Below are positions 36,879 through 48,800 of a stretch of DNA of 64,000 nucleotides, piece after piece (position 1 is the stretch's first letter; the number at the start of each line of letters is the position of its first letter). Below the pieces are notes generated by a model. That model saw nothing but the letters and a program-made list of their open reading frames with translations, searched no databases and was not told the DNA's origin. The stretch spans positions 132,223 to 196,222 of the forward strand of contig JAAPAO010000006.1 in the NCBI GenBank assembly GCA_013115145.1. The letters are read 5' to 3'. The DNA is from Perkinsus chesapeaki ATCC PRA-425 (lineage: Eukaryota > Protista > Perkinsozoa). Position numbers and translations under genes: made by a program.

Positions 36879-39800
36879 TCAAAAGAAGACTCTGAGAAAA
36901 TCCTTGAGCTCGGATCGTACAGCGATGGCCATAAGAGTGAGATAACCCATGAAGGCTGCCACTCCAAGGGTCATGAAAAGGATACCTGAGAGTAACGACA
37001 TTATAAGTTAACAAGGGGGAACAGAATGCTTGTGTGCGAAATTCAGAAGCCTCTGTGGCGCGGAGGTTCTTTGTTAAGCGCTCTATAGCTATGCCTCTCA
37101 TCAACATGAGTTCAGATGGAGAAGTGCCGGTTCCTATATTTCAAGGAGACGACCTTTTAGCAACGACACCCCACGTCTCAAACTTCGGGTTTCCAAATTT
37201 CGGGCAGTCCAAAGTTTCAGATGAATTATGCACCAGGCGCTAATTTCACAAGTCATCACATACCTGCCATACTATTTTTAGCCGCTAGACTCATATCACG
37301 CAAACAGTACTCTAGAATACCAAGAGAACCGCAGCTTGATGATAGGACAGATAGCAAACATATGGTGCACCGCAAGGGGAAGTATGCGCTGACTTACCGC
37401 CCTGTAACGTGGCCAACTGGGAATGTAACAAATAGGCGTTGATCACAATGAGCGCCAGTGCGCAGGCCCAGCAGAGGCTCTTCAATCGCCGGCCTATTGC
37501 CCAGTCCTGACCAAAGGTCAAAAGTACTTGTGAAACAACAGCATGACCTACATGACCCATAACTCGAGGATCTCCAACGAAGTGTAGCAACGGGAGGAGA
37601 GCGAAGGGCAATTGGACGGACTGCAGGATGTTGAGCCAGTCATTCACCGCTGATAGCGACGAAGCGGAATTTCCTGCTGATGACGTTTGCCAGATGGCCA
37701 CAGCCAGCGCTGGTACCTGTCGGCCGATTTATGAACTGCAAAAGCTAGAAAACTCACCAGAGCGATCGACCGGGTGATGAGAAGTCGCAACCAAAGGGGC
37801 ACATGGAGACCCAGGAAACCTTCCATAACATATTGGCCGGCCAGGGATCCTAAACGCAATATGATAGGGGAGAGGGATCCTACTGACACACCAGTCATTG
37901 TGCTCGCTTGACCAGCAGCCAAAACGCCAATAGCGAATAAAGTGGCTGCGAATTCTGAGGATCCCATGAGAGACGCCAAAGCGGAGCCTCCGTTGCTCAG
38001 CCCGATAGATGTACAGAAACCTGAGGGTAAGCAGCCGATGGCACATACTGGAAAACGGCAGCTCTTCCTACCTTGTTGTCCGACTGAATTCGTACAAGAG
38101 CAGTCATTCAACACACATTCCAACCCAGGGACAGACGCAGAGGTATTACAACCGAGCGTTCCCGAGGGGTTAGCTGCGCAGTGAGGGGAGAAAAATCCCT
38201 ACCACCAACACATCATTTGGTACTGAGTTGCAGAGCTTATTCTGCGATATATTATTTCTTCGAGACGTGCACTTCTACACGGAAGAATTCTCGGAAATTA
38301 CAGATCACATGGAATCGTGTCGGATGACTTAGTGGTTGTTGTACTTGCTGTACAACCAAGTGCATTTAGCTAAGACTATTACCTGCGCGAAGCTAGTCAT
38401 AATCGCAGTGTTAATCATAAAGGACACAACTAAAGCAACTGTTGCATCCAAAGAGAAGTAAAGGCTAGCTTGCTCCAACGCTCTCGGACTGAAATACAGA
38501 CACTAATGCACGAGATCCACTGAGATACTTACTTCCTCCGATCCACGCGACGTGTCGAGCTTATGAGAGACGAGTGAAGATAAATATTATGTGGCATGAT
38601 CACAGCCCCAACGACTCCGACCATTTGCACTACTGCATACGACGCAACAGAGGGAACAAATCCTGCAAGAACCAACCCATTTATTCCGATATCGGCAAAC
38701 CCAGGAAGACAGAAAGAAAGACGCAGAGCGGTCGATTCAATATCAATCAAAAAATATGAAAGACAGGAGCTCGGTCGTTTGGACCGAACTACAAGCTGGC
38801 TGAGTACAGATACACCGGAACACACGTTTGTTATAATTTAGGCATTAACCCCATCCGAATGACGACTAGTCCGTCTGGCTAAGCGATCTTACCCAGAACA
38901 TATGCATTATCATATCCCCTGACCTAATATTACCTAGCGCCACATCAATAGGTTCCGGCTTCACAATCTCCAGATTGGCGAAAAAGCAGGCACACATTAT
39001 CATTATGATAGATACAACAAAACCTTCGAGTACCCTCGTACCGTGAAGATATCTGGAGGGGATCCAAACAGAAGCCGACCAACTCAGACCTACTGTGCTG
39101 CCATGAATGTGAAGGTGTCAGCGGCCGTGATGATGCAACCGATCCAGAGAGGAATGCCAAACAGCAGGCGGAAAGCGACTGCTGATCCGAGCACTTCCTG
39201 AAAGCATCATAGACTATTCGTAATCCAATCATGGCGAGTTGTGAAGAGCAACTCACTTGGATATCAGAACCGATGATCGCTATTTCAGTCAGTATCCACA
39301 AAATCGTGCCGGTGCGCTTCCCATATCCTGCTCGACCTAAGCTCGTGAGATTTCGATTAGCGTGAAAAGCGTTCAAATTACAGTGCTGTGCAAGACTTTT
39401 TCCTGTAACGAAACCTAGCCGGGCACTCAGACACTGCAGCAATAGCCCGACTGCATGAGCCACGAGCATCACCCACGATAGTTGAAAGCCTGTGTAGACC
39501 TAACGAGTGAGTCCAGAGTGGGCCAGTTTTTACGGCGCATTATACCCCAGATTGTAAATCAGCCTCCAAATTTCCTGGGTCTAGATAAGCTAGTGACATT
39601 AGCCATCCTGGGCCGGCGTACCGGATGAATGTGCCTGAACAGCTACCATAAGCTCGAACCACCCAATTAGATGATTAGACTTCAGAAGATCACACAAACA
39701 TGTAGGGCCCCGATACTACGAAAGCTGAATTTAGGTCGTCGTTTGCTATCGAGCCCTTCGGGCGTCGCATCCACCGGGCACACAATAACTCTCCCTTTCG

Positions 39801-39894
39801 CTATATCATCTTCCTCGGATGATGATGCAGTACTGGCTGTTGCTGTAGGTATCAGCAGTGGTTCAGAGTTCTCCGGACATCGTGGTGGTAGCAT
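36879..39894 (-). CDS. NRAMP divalent metal (Fe/Mn) transporter
   Basis: [63 protein letters not shown]. Confidence 0.95.
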
Positions 39895-40291
39895 CAGCAA
39901 ACGAATAAATCTGTAGCAAGTTAACGATAAGCAATCTAAATCAAGCTTCGAGGGCTGGTTTTAGCAATGAGCGGCAGGTCTCCTACCCCTCCTTCCGCGG
40001 GCGCTACATGAACCATACTCGTCGTGTACCGTGAATTACCACTTTCGCCACCGAATTAACTCAACAATTGTCTGCTCAACATCAGGCTGTGATAAATGTA
40101 ACACAACGGGCTGATGAATTAGAAAGGCTGCCTAAGATCAGCTGCCAGACCTGCTTCAAAAAGTGCCATTCCAGCTGAGTTACCGAGTTTACCTCTCCTC
40201 TGTGGTACGGAGCTTCGCGAGTCATTGAAATACGACGAGCTCGCACCCTAAGGCTCGTTGTTACGACTAAACGACTAATATCTCTCCCTCA

Positions 40292-41130
40292 CTACTTGAT
40301 ACCAATGTCTCGCATTGCTATGTCGCCAGTATCGCCCGGTACTGACAGTAGGCCGCCAATCCTTGTCTGTATTAGAAGCTCTTCCTCGACTAAACCATAA
40401 TGGTGGATCCCGAGGATTGATGGTGATTTCTGCACGATTGAAGGTCGAGCTATGTTTCTTTCTGCCCTGATCACGCATCAACACTGAGAAGATCGAGATG
40501 GAAACAGATTCGCGTACTCCGTAAGTCGCGATATCATCTCGCCTATATGGCGGGTAAACCGCCACGTGGGCCCGAAGGGACACTGCGGAGGAGCTCTAAA
40601 CAATGACGGTAATGGAAGTTGTTGTCGGACAATATACATGTAGGCTTACTCTGCTGGACGAAGGGTGCCCGAAGCTGTTACGCATCTCCAGATGGTTGTC
40701 ATCAAACCTGAGTTTTGCATGAATCAAGATTTGAGCTAAACGTCATAAGAATATTTGCGACAGCTTTCGCTGATGCTCGCATATGGCTTTTGGAGAATAT
40801 CCGGTATTGTTGATGAAATTCGTGTGTATACGCCGCCCCACACGATGGTGAGCTACAGCCCCAAAGATCCAACCACGCCGAAATCACCCCCCTGTTAGTA
40901 CTCTGGCACTCCCTTAGAAAAAGCGGGATACGCCCCCAGTGTGTAGACCCGATGGAGCAACCCAACCGTGGAGCATCCGCCTGCAGTCTGCTGGGGTAAA
41001 GACGCAGACATCTTAGCAAAAGGTACGTATGTCTAACCCACATAGCCCTTTTTGATACAACACAACCATTCCAAGAATAAAAAGTATTCCTTATCGACGA
41101 CTTAAAGCCCTCTTTAAAAAGGACGTGCAT
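40292..41130 (-). CDS. Hypothetical protein
   Basis: Several spliceable open frames ending ...GDTGDIAMRDIGIK*; no family recognised. Confidence 0.35.
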
Positions 41131-41184
41131 CAAGGAACTCAATTAAACTCTTTTCCATTTATCTGGTACGTTGGCCCGGGCCAT

Positions 41185-42088
41185 CTAGTTTTCCTTCGGC
41201 TCATTACCATCACTCTGAAGTTCTTCCAATAGTTGCTTGGCATCCGGGCACCTGAGGATCAAAATAGCTCATATTAGACTCCTCAAAGTTGGACTACCAA
41301 GGGCTGGCCTTAGTCAACTGATCGATTTGCTGTTCCATAGTCAAACCGCCTTCAGGAAGACCCAAGTATTTAATGATGTCGTCAGGGGTTTTCTTGCTAA
41401 CCCAAGATGCGATCTGTTTAGGAACATTCAGGTTAGCAATGCAAAACCCATCGAGCGAGCAGCACCGTGCTTATGATTGCAGTCAGACCGTGGGAGACCA
41501 GAGAGCGCAGTAGAGGAACATTACCTTAGCACAGCACAGCAGAACGAGTGGGCGAACTAGCATATAGTTAGCGGCCAACATAAGGTCAAAGACTTCTGTC
41601 TAAAGGAAGACCATCCCAGAAAGTTAGTGCTAAAACTCACCTCGACGTTAATGTCGACAAAATCAGCGTCCCACTTGCAGATACCATTGTCAGTCAGAGC
41701 TGCGCCTCTCCGTAAAGGCTTATTAATTGGGCCTGCAGGGGACGGCCGATGCAGAAAGCATGCTGAGAATTCTTACCAGCAGCGCCATTCTCATTATGAT
41801 ACTCCAAGTATTCTACAATTCGCTTTAACTCCCGCGAGCTGACTCCGGGCAAGGGGAACTCCTGAGTGAACATAACATTACACTTCTGATTCAGCAGTGT
41901 CTTTCGCGGGAGCTCCATACAGCGGAACTACAGGAATCTCACTAGAGGGTGATAGAATGTACCTCGCTATTCTCTCCTGACGAACCATCTAAATAGTTGG
42001 AGAGCATGTCACATTGCTTGGCAGCTTCAGCTGAGATCTGAACCACGGCATTGTCCTTGGAGCGGAGATTAAGAATACGGCCAGTCAT
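41185..42088 (-). CDS. Divergent Skp1-family protein
   Basis: MTGRILNLRSKDNAVVQIS.EAAKQCDML, FPLPGVSSRELKRIVEYLEYH, KWDADFVDI, FDLMLAANYM, KTPDDIIKYL. Confidence 0.85.
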
Positions 42089-42378
42089 TATATTGTAACA
42101 ACGGACAGCTGAAGTAACACTCGACTGAAGATCAAGCGATCACATGCGAGATATAACAATATAAGACAACGAATATAAAAATGACTTGGCGCGGGAAGTT
42201 ATTGCGCAAGCCCAACACTTATCTTGCGTATTTTGACCACAACTCGAAATATATCGATTGGAATGACGAGCGCTGTTCTTGGTTCTCGACGATGTTCGTG
42301 TCCTTGTAGCTGTGTAACACAGCCTGTGAGTCGGCGATCATACTGATAGCTATCGCGCATTAACTTGAGCCCTAAAGG

Positions 42379-44094
42379 TTATAATAGACAGCATTCTGTG
42401 GTACTGCTGCTGGCAGCAGCAGCAGCAGCAGCAGAGAGCATTTGGCTTCTCAGGGAGGATATATCTAGCAATTGCGTTTCCAATTTTGCTTGGACGAAAT
42501 CCCGAACAACATCATCGGCGTTGATGAATAAGGCCGTATAATGAGGGATAAGCCCACATATCGGTGGAGATCTGCAATACTGCCTGCGTGTACGTCAGTA
42601 TTTTCTGTGGTGCGAAACTACAGGCTTCTGAACGTCAAGTACAGACTCAGTCCGTCAGTATCAAATTGATATTGATACCAGCTGATGGGAAGCTTTTTAA
42701 TGATAGTATCAATAATACTCACGTCAGCTAACCAACCTGAAGTTGAACTGTTCAACTGTAACACAACTACGATGCGAGTCAGAAACATGCCGAATCGTAT
42801 TGAAATCCAGTCGACCACCATATCCCAAAAATATGCGAATGTTAGTCTAAAACGCGAGTTGTGCATCCTTTCCAATGAGGAGGTTCCGTTCTGATAGTAG
42901 CAGAATGCCCACTCCTCCCATTACTGCTGCGGTATAAGGTAATCGGAACCACAGCCACCACCTGAAGAGCGATAACGTTTCAAAGCACCCGCCATACTGA
43001 TCCCCATTCTAGGGACTTACCGGGGCACTATGCTGAAGACACGCGCACAGCAGTCAAAGATGGCTATACCCAGGAAGCCTAGCATAACATGGGTCAGTGC
43101 CTCACGTGGTAGATCTACCATTTGGATAACTCGCAATGCAGGTTGAGTGAGAGTTATATGATTTGAACTACCCGTGGCCATCCTGCTTGTCATCATTGCT
43201 AGTGCCATTGGTACTGCTGGAAGGCCAAAACGGAAAACCCCGTAAAGCATATTGTACCTGTTGCATTGTGTATAGTACAAACCTAGCGAAGGGCCTTTAC
43301 TCGGTATTCCGTAGGGGAATGGCATAGCGGGCTGCTTCAAGTCCCCAGTGAGGGGCACCTGCGGCTACTAGTAGACATGATGTGTAGTGGACGCACGCCG
43401 ATAAAACATGCCGTGCAACTGAAAAATACAAGAGCTTGACAAGGAATAGGCATTGATTCGGCAACCAGACATCTAGCTTGTAAAATCGATTCGAAGCTGT
43501 AAGTTCACAGAAGTTCCTTGGAAGGCAGGCTTACTTTCACTGTCACTTTTATCCTGCATCCAATACCTCCCCGTCTTAGTTCTATTCTCTGACGTGTCCT
43601 CGGTCAACGCTGGTATCATGTGCACGGCTATCGCCTGATGATTGGAATCCTTTGGCTACGTAAAGCTGGAACTGGGCATAATATTGGATTTGGTCTTACC
43701 GCGCAAAATAGAGGAGTAAGACTCAAAACACCCCACCATTTCCAGGACGCTGGTATCTACATCACATGATTAGTGCAATGGATACCAGCTTGTTTGCAGC
43801 TTGCGCAATACTTGAATTCGGTCAACGTAGTCTCGCCTCTTCTGTGCCCATCTCGGGAGATTCTCAGTCCATGCATCCTTCCAATCAGACTCCACCAGTT
43901 TAGTTTCCTCTGAGATAGAGCTACCACACTCTCGTCGTCGGGTTTACACTACGTCCAACTGGTTTGTCTAGACCGAGCTTCTGTTGTTTTCGTAGCTGTT
44001 TACGGGTGAGACTAGCAAAACCTCTGGCTTGTCTCAAAGATAGAACCGCATCGCCAGAAAGCAGCGGTCGACAGTGAGCAGCATACGAGAGCAT
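42379..44094 (-). CDS. Hypothetical, probably mitochondrial protein
   Basis: Presequence-like MLSYAAHCRPLL...LRQARGFAS; multi-exon; C-terminal poly-Ala encoded by (GCA)7 at 42413-42433. Confidence 0.5.
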
Positions 44095-44431
44095 AACTGA
44101 GTATTCAGAGACTTTGCTGTGACAACGACGTCGCAAGACTGAAACGTGTAAACTACAAGTTATAGAGAGACGGGTCGGCAGGAACTACTGCTACTACTAC
44201 ACCAGCCTCGCTTCCCTTGCAGCCTACTTACACATATTTATAACTAACTCATAAGGCAACTGCAGTTTGGCACTGAAAGTGTAGCTAAACTGTACTCTAT
44301 TTGCTAAATGTGCGGAATGAAGGCATCTTGAGAGTATCACTCAGCCGGACTCCCGTTCAAGCTTCCCAGTTCAATGTCTCTTACGCCCACACTAGGATAC
44401 ATAGCGCGACCAATATCAGCCGACGGCGTGC

Positions 44432-47400
44432 CTAACAAAGCAACAGGAAGTCTTGAGAAGCAGCTCTGAAGACCAACATACGTTCGTCAGGCATCTCAGA
44501 TTTGCTCCGCTTAACCCGTCGACTTGGGAACACCCTCCACCCAGAAGAGGCGGTGCTGGATGCTGTACCACGTGCAGGGCTGCTACTGCCACTGAGAGGG
44601 GCCGGCGAGCCTTCGTAAACAGACTCGGTAGCGCAACACCGCCGAGCCAGCAACGCGCCGAAACCACAGCTGAGCAACTAAAACACAGTAGATTAAGTCG
44701 ACGCAGTTGGCATAGTCCTTACCACAAGAGCTATGACTATATATATGCTGACGTTCATGTTCGGCATGCGAGGACTCAAGGACGCTCTCACTACACCCCC
44801 CAGGTCTTCCTGTTTTAATACAGGGCTCTCGCATGTTGGACAGCTCGAAACACGTGGCTGACTTCGGGCAGGTATCGAAAATGATTTCAGTACAGCGCCG
44901 GTTTCGGATTCGATAAAATCAGTGACCAAACCAGAACCTGTACACAGCCCATACGCCGTATAGTATATGGTGGGGACAAACGACCACACGTCGATATCAT
45001 CGATAGCTTCCCAGGCTGGATAGTCTTTCGATGGCTGAGGCGATCCGTTATCTAGTAAACTCACTTGTAGCAAGATGGCGCGTGAAACCATGTACATTCC
45101 CCTGAGACCAAGCAACTCGCTTGTGGTCAGGGTTATAATTGGTCTGCCGTTCTTTCGATGCCGCGCCCGATACAACGAACGAAAGCGTGTCCTCTTGGAG
45201 CCACTGCAAATCGTGATCGTGGCCAGCAACATAAAGGTCAACCGAGTAACTGAGGGTCATAGTGGCTAACGAAAGAAGACATGTTGTTGCTACCGTTTGA
45301 GTAAGGGGAGAACGTCTCGCACCATGTGATCGTTGTCACCATGCCAGCCAACGCTATAAACGGGATGATGGCCGAACACTACGATGAACCTGAAGAGAAA
45401 TTTAATCATTAAATTTCGTTTTTCACCCACGGAAAAACGAGGAATACTCAACTTGTGTACATTCAACCACATCAAGTAAGATACGAATGACGGTAAATCT
45501 ACGATGACCTACGTTGCTTGCTGGCACTCGTCGGATGCTAGGCGAGCGCGCAAAAACCTGAGCTGCCCTTCTTGATAAAGGTCTTGTGTATCGATGAACA
45601 CCGCACAAACCGAAACTAGTAGACCGCTACGGAAAATCGGCGGGCTGAAATACTTCCCCGGCATTTGCCATCGGCCGGAAGGATTCACTCGAGTTCGAAT
45701 CTGACGAGACGAGCTGCAACAGGGACTATGCTGCACCGGCCTCACCATTTGTGCTGTAGCGTCTTGACGATAGTCATGGTTGCCGAGCACTGCGTACCAC
45801 GGTAGATTGGAACCAAAATCCATATGTTTCTCAAAACTGAGCAAAACCGCCACATAAAACTTCGGAGTTTATTCTGCCATAGAGAGCTGGCCAAAACTTG
45901 AGTCTTACGTGTCCTCGAATTGTGAGTCGTCCAAGCCGGACACACCATTCTCGTAGAAGTTATCTCCAATCAAGGCAATGAATTGAGTCGAAGCGGACCA
46001 AGGCCGGGTAGCCAGCGTCGATTTCAACTAACGCCAAGAAAGATTCTATTGTAAATGGCTGCATGTCTAACCATTTTGGAAGTTGCAGATAACCCTCCGG
46101 TCACGTCACCCCAGTCTCCTAGCGATAAAAATCCGATGGATTGATCACGTACTTTAGCGGTTCGACGATCTTGCCGGGGGGGTTGAGTCTGGTAAAGAGA
46201 TAACCGAAACAAAAAGAATAGGCTCCGACACCTACCAAGGTGTGGATCGTACTGCCGTTGTCACCGCTGACGAATCGAGTTACGAAATTGCTTTCATCCA
46301 TAGTGTGCTCGCAGAATCCGTTAACCATACCCTGTGACCATTTGGACCTTTTTGGATCAGGATCTGACAATAGCGAGCAATGGACCGCCAACTTGAACGT
46401 AATGAATACTCTTTCCAACTGGCTCTTGTCGACTTCCAGCGCCACAAATTATCTGGACTATGGATGTTCCGCTCTCGGGCGCTCCACCGTTGGCAGTTAA
46501 AACCTGTCGGTTAGAAGCTCCATCGGAAGCATTTACACAACTCCGTTGAGAGAAGTCGCGTAGACGATTGACAAAAATGTTTTACTCACTTGCATGTCAT
46601 GATCATGCCCAGAAATGTACGCGTCCACCTTGGCTTTCTCAAATATAGGCATGATGTTATCTGTCACACAGCGTCGAACCAAGTCGGCACACAGAACCGC
46701 CCTTACCGATGACAGTTTGGTTTTTTCCATGGTTACCGATACTGTATGCAGGAACATGCGACACGGCCACTAGCCATGTAGCGTTCTGTGCTTCTCCAGA
46801 AAGAAGAGTCCTGAACGAAGAAATGTAAGGGATTTACAATCCGAGCAACGAGGAGAGGGGAACCATAGAGCCTTACCCGCAATCGTAGTGCTATAGAATA
46901 TGTTTTAATATTGTTCACAAACATTAGATTAGGTGGCTTCTCCATATTTTTATGTGGGATACACGAAAAAAACCATGCCATTGTTAAAGATTTTTGGTGT
47001 ATTTGGTAAATGTATTTGGTGCCCTGGTGAATTACCAGGGTACTTCGTTATAACCAGAACTCGCATATTCAGTGTTCCAAAGAATAGTTCCACTATACGA
47101 TGGACAATACATCACAGTCATGCCTACGAGCTTGAGGAACCTCACCTTTCTAGCCAGCCCAGTTGCTTCTCGTCTTTAGTGAATCGCCAAGTGTCGAAGA
47201 ATACGAAGAAGGCGTACTCCTTCTCTTGTGGATCCTTGTCATTATAACCGAAGTCAACGCGAACACTGTACCAGTAAGCAGGCATTTTCCATGTTCCTAC
47301 CGAAACGAAAAGCATAACAGCGACTAGGACCGACGGGAAGATTGCACTTAGTTACACCGGGGAACCCGGATCAGTGGATCATTATCCGTAGTCACTCACC

Positions 47401-48090
47401 GTCCCTCTATTGGCATGGCCCAGACCCAGCCTCCCAGTCCTACCTCCATAGTCATAAGCAGAATGGAGCAGTTGTGCATCTGCACTTTTCCGATAGTCAT
47501 GATTGCCCAACGTAATGTACCACGGTATAGTATTTAGCGGTGATCTGCTCTCAAAGACCTAGGTCCAACAGATACCAACGAGTACTAGATGATTCGTTCT
47601 ACCTCGTCGAAGATACGCTTGAATCGGTCGTCCTGCCGGTCTTTCACTCCATCTTCGTAAAAATTGTCGCCCAATGATGCAACGAACTCAACTGGATGGT
47701 CTGTAGCATGGAACTATGTCGGGCGTGGCTCTTGTAGTCTACAGCCTACCCAATGTTTTTTGTTGAACTATTGAATTCATTTGTTGTGCGTTTGCTGATG
47801 CTCGACTGGTGTCTTGGTCACCCCAATCGCCGATACTCAAGAAGGTAAAACCCCGAGGGTCCGCAGATTCCAACTAATAATGAGAAACCACATTCACAGT
47901 TCAACATATTGGTTGGCGAACCGAGGATTATCGCAACATATTCTATGTTGACAAGCATTTACAGAATAGCATCCCGCCCTAGTCCCAGCCATACTACCCT
48001 ATCAGTTAATAGCCGGTTACTGTCGTGGCCAGCACCGGCTGCTAATATCAACAAAAACAGATGAACGAAAGCTTCTCCGAGGAGTCTCAT
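44432..48090 (-). CDS. Tandem two-domain purple/tartrate-resistant acid phosphatase with signal peptide and C-terminal TM
   Basis: Two sets of GDWG / GDNFY / GNHDY / (AVSH or FGHH) / GHDH motifs; in-frame 47-nt intron 46189-46235 joins them. Confidence 0.85.
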
Positions 48091-48800
48091 GAAAACATCG
48101 AGCGAAAACTGCAGAGAGTAGTTTCGTTTGGCTGTATCGTAGAGGGGTTCAAATGACCCAAAGGCAAACCTCCGAGGTCAACTGGGACCTAAGGGTGGAG
48201 ACTGGCTGCGAGAACCTCCTCAGAATTAACCCATAATAGAACACAATACTATGGAAAGTAGTGATACACAGCACCGTTTGGCCATCGAGTAGCATTAATG
48301 ATGCTCGGTACAGGGTCCGGGAAGAGTTGGCCCTGTCCTGCCGAAATTATACTAGTTAATCTCACTTCTACTACTTCAATAGCTGGCAGCAGTGCTTGTA
48401 CAAGTATCGCAATGGTGAGGATGATAATGTTATCGACATTAGTGCAGACGCAGAGATGAGGCGTTTATCAACCCAGAGGCATGCAAGACGACGCGTTTCC
48501 ACTAATAGCGAATCGGTCAAGTTAGCATGATGTTACGAGATGCTCCATTCGGCGGGCAGAATAGAGTGATATTAATACAGAATATAAAGAGAAGTGAATG
48601 TAAACTATGCTTCTGCCTCGTGTGGTGGAGTAATGAGACAAAACAAATAGAGGGTCGACAGTCCTCACCGACCTCCGACGGTCTTCTACTCGTTACCGTC
48701 TAGTATGAAGCTGGATGATAACAATCTAATCACAGTACGAAGCGCGGCAATAGTATCCTACAACAGCATGATTATAAAAACAGACATCATAAAAGCCTAC

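Noticed and set aside
42413-42433. (GCA)7 trinucleotide repeat
   Set aside because: Ordinary poly-Ala coding microsatellite
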